Assembly (NCBI GenBank): GCA_977016875.1
Contig: CDRNST010000060.1
Coordinates: forward strand, 4,402,001 to 4,466,000
DNA length: 64,000 nucleotides
Direction of reading: 5' to 3'
Origin: Pavona decussata
Taxonomy: Eukaryota
This document shows, in pieces, positions 61,688 to 64,000 of this stretch. The translations under genes and the position numbers were made by a program. The notes under the pieces were generated by a model that had not been told where the DNA came from, searched no databases, and was given only the letters and a program-made list of their open reading frames with translations. Every line of letters begins with the position of its first letter. Position 1 is the first letter of the stretch.

Positions 61688-62794
61688 AATTAAACCTGTG
61701 AAAACCAGGGAGCAAATTAAAAATTATCAACCCTAGCTAACCCCCTCCCGAGTATAAGATCGAAAAGGAGAGTACAAGTATACATTACATTTAGTTGAAC
61801 ATTTAGTTACTCTCCATCGGAGGACTTCTTTTTCAAGTTTTGGGGTCTTGGGGGTCTTAGGGGTCTTTTGGGGTCTTCGTTTTCAAGACACCCGGTATTA
61901 CTCCGATCAATTGCATTACTTTTAGCCCTCCAGAAATTCCTCAAATTCCGGAATCGAAAGACCCAGGTCAGGGGCCAGAAAAGTGTGTGTGGAAAGCCTA
62001 ATAGAATTTGTCTGAGTTCGCCTTTTTACGACTTTTTTCGGAATGCATGATCTAACAAAAATGGACCAAATGATGTAAGAGAACAAATTTAGACTGAATC
62101 ACACTGTCGATATTTTTTAAATCATGAATTTTCTTATTTTCGTTTCCAATAAATGTGGTAGTTTAAACGGGGTTATCAAACTTTGGATTGACTTTTTGTG
62201 TTGACAATAGGACACATTTTCGCTCCTTTTCAGTCTTTTTTATCGTTTAAGGTAAAGAGCGTTTATTGTTCGTAATACAAAGGTTGCAATTACGGAAGGG
62301 TAGCCTGATCATCGACCGCGAAATTCAAATATCTTCGTTAGCGACTGTAGTGTTACAATGCCTCCTTTGGGGTAGTGGGGTGTGAAATCATTTCTAGAGG
62401 CAGAAATAACCTGACGGGGAAGGACTGCGGAATTTGTGAAACGAAGAGTAGGTTCACTCGTGCCAATGTCTCAAGCCTGACTTCCAAGAGTTTTCGTTCA
62501 GGCATTTTTAAACATGCAAACTAACCGAGTGTTTGCAAAATTGTCAGCTCTAAAAATCAACACACAGTTTCTGGTCTGGAAAATTTTCTGAAATTTTAAA
62601 AGAAAATACCTCCGGACAGGTCAGCCGCTAAAAACCCGACGCACTATCATGCCTTCCGATCGGCGCTAGGACCTGTAGAGGTCTGGATATCACTACCACC
62701 ACTATCATAGAAAACAGTAATAGTCGAACGACCCCAAAATAATTTGTCTCGATTGCGATCAACTAAACAAAACAAAGCCATTTAGCGTTTGTTC

Positions 62795-63006
62795 TGTCGC
62801 ACTTTGTAATACTCATCGCACTTTGTAATACCTGTCGCACTTTGTAATAAAACTGTCACACTTTGTAATACCTGTCGCACTTTGTAATAAAACTTGTCAC
62901 ACTTTGTAATAAAATAGCTGTCGCACTTTGTAATAACAAGTTGTCGCACTTTGTAATATATGAAGCTGTCGCACTGTGTAATAACAAGTTGTCGCACTTT
63001 GTAATA
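62795..63006. repeat. Minisatellite: 10 copies of TGTCGCACTTTGTAATA with short variable linkers
   Basis: Counted directly; linkers ~2-8 bp, some repeated. Confidence 0.92.
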
Positions 63007-63189
63007 AGCTTTCAAACTTCCTTTGAATAGGATATTTGGTAGAAAATAGATGACTTAACTAATCCCCCAAGGCACAAATACGTTCTTCCTTGATATTTTA
63101 CTCTAGATACTTAACTGAGGGGACAAACGCGTTCTACTCCACGCTTCTCCCAATTGTTATTTTGGAGATCACATAGCTTGTTTAGCAAC

Positions 63190-63725
63190 GATGGAGTGTA
63201 ATAATCAGAGATCGTCAAGGGTTTCTCCACCAAAGGAGGAATGTGAATCATTCTTGATTCTATTTTGGGCTGATTATGCCCTTTCCCAGCTGGGCAGCGG
63301 AGATAGGAAGAACCAATACGATTTCAACCAAGTGGAGTCCATCTTTGAGATCATCTTTGTCGGGTTTCTTTGTTAGAAGGGTGGTTCACAGATCAAGGTA
63401 TGCTTGCCTCTTGAACTGAGTACTGACCAGAACCTTCAAAAAGATCGAACATTAGTCGAAACCATTTTGTGAGATGTACAAATGCCTCCTGCCCTAGATC
63501 GATGAGGTCATTTTGAGGTGTGGGTCATGCATAGTAGTTAGACTAGCATGTCTTTAACCACTTGGTTGGGAGCAGAGGAAAACTTCTTGCCCGGGATTTG
63601 CAAGAGAACAACAAATCTCTCCCTCTGTCCTGAGCATCATCACAGGTTGCTTTCCAGTTTTTTCCTCTCTCAAACCCAACGGAGACAAGCCTCTTTTTAT
63701 TTTCATCCGCAGGAGATGCCATTAT
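63190..63725 (-). mobile_element. Decayed hAT transposase / ZNF862-like fragment
   Basis: Manual minus-strand translation of ~63405-63210: LHLVEIVLVLPISAAQ-(frameshift)-WERA*SAQNRIKNDSHSSFGGETLDD, resembling the hAT C-terminal dimerisation motif LPxSxAxxERxFS..IK. Outer limits approximate. Confidence 0.6.
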
Positions 63726-63885
63726 ATTTCAAATTCGAATCTTTATTCAAGATCTTAAGACCCCATCATAAATACCTTTTTTAACAACTGAATTAAGCTA
63801 TGCCATTATATTTCAAATTCGAATCTTTATTCAAGATCTTATGACCCCATCATAAATATTTTTTTTAACAGCTGAATTAAGCTAT
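63716..63885. repeat. ~84-bp tandem duplication
   Basis: ATGCCATTATATTTCAAATTCGAATC... at 63716 and 63800. Confidence 0.9.
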
Positions 63886-64000
63886 CATTTACAAATTAAA
63901 CATGCAATAGGGTCATTAGCACGGTAAATTAGACTAGTACCGAGTCAATAGAGGGCTTAACAAAACCGATTTTTAAAAGTCATTACTCGTGATAAGAAAG

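Noticed and set aside
1-62172. Array as an artefact of uncollapsed haplotypes
   Set aside because: At least five units with distinct insertions, deletions and head sequences exceed two alleles, although individual junctions still need long-read confirmation.
62795-63006. CRISPR-like array of 17-bp repeats
   Set aside because: Linkers are only 2-8 bp and partly repeated, there are no cas genes and the context is eukaryotic; it is a minisatellite, and ORF 62782-63015 is its by-product.

Overview
Eukaryotic, AT-rich, intron-containing DNA. The gene and repeat families suggest an anthozoan, probably a stony coral (inference). Almost the whole window is a tandem array built from a repeating unit [type-A gene, type-B gene, carotenoid oxygenase], eroded by deletions and transposon insertions. 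Eight minus-strand paralogs encode a type II membrane protein: short basic N-tail, TM helix, coiled coil, furin site R-[YHQ]-K-R, CxxxC, 17 Gly-X-Y collagen triplets and three Ig domains. They end in one of two alternative heads: a CASPR/neurexin-IV-type fibrinogen-like domain (type A, 5 copies, 3 exons) or a small 6-Cys PAN/apple-like domain (type B, 3 copies, 4 exons). Six copies look intact and two carry nonsense mutations. Head differences cluster in a few loops, and several genes are recombinant mosaics. This pattern suggests a diversifying, sheddable, trimeric recognition-receptor family. Three plus-strand BCO/RPE65-family copies lie between the receptor genes and all appear disabled. 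Also present are LINE fragments, several MITEs, a Helentron-like element, decayed SINEs, a hAT remnant, mini- and microsatellites and two assembly gaps. All exon boundaries were read by eye.
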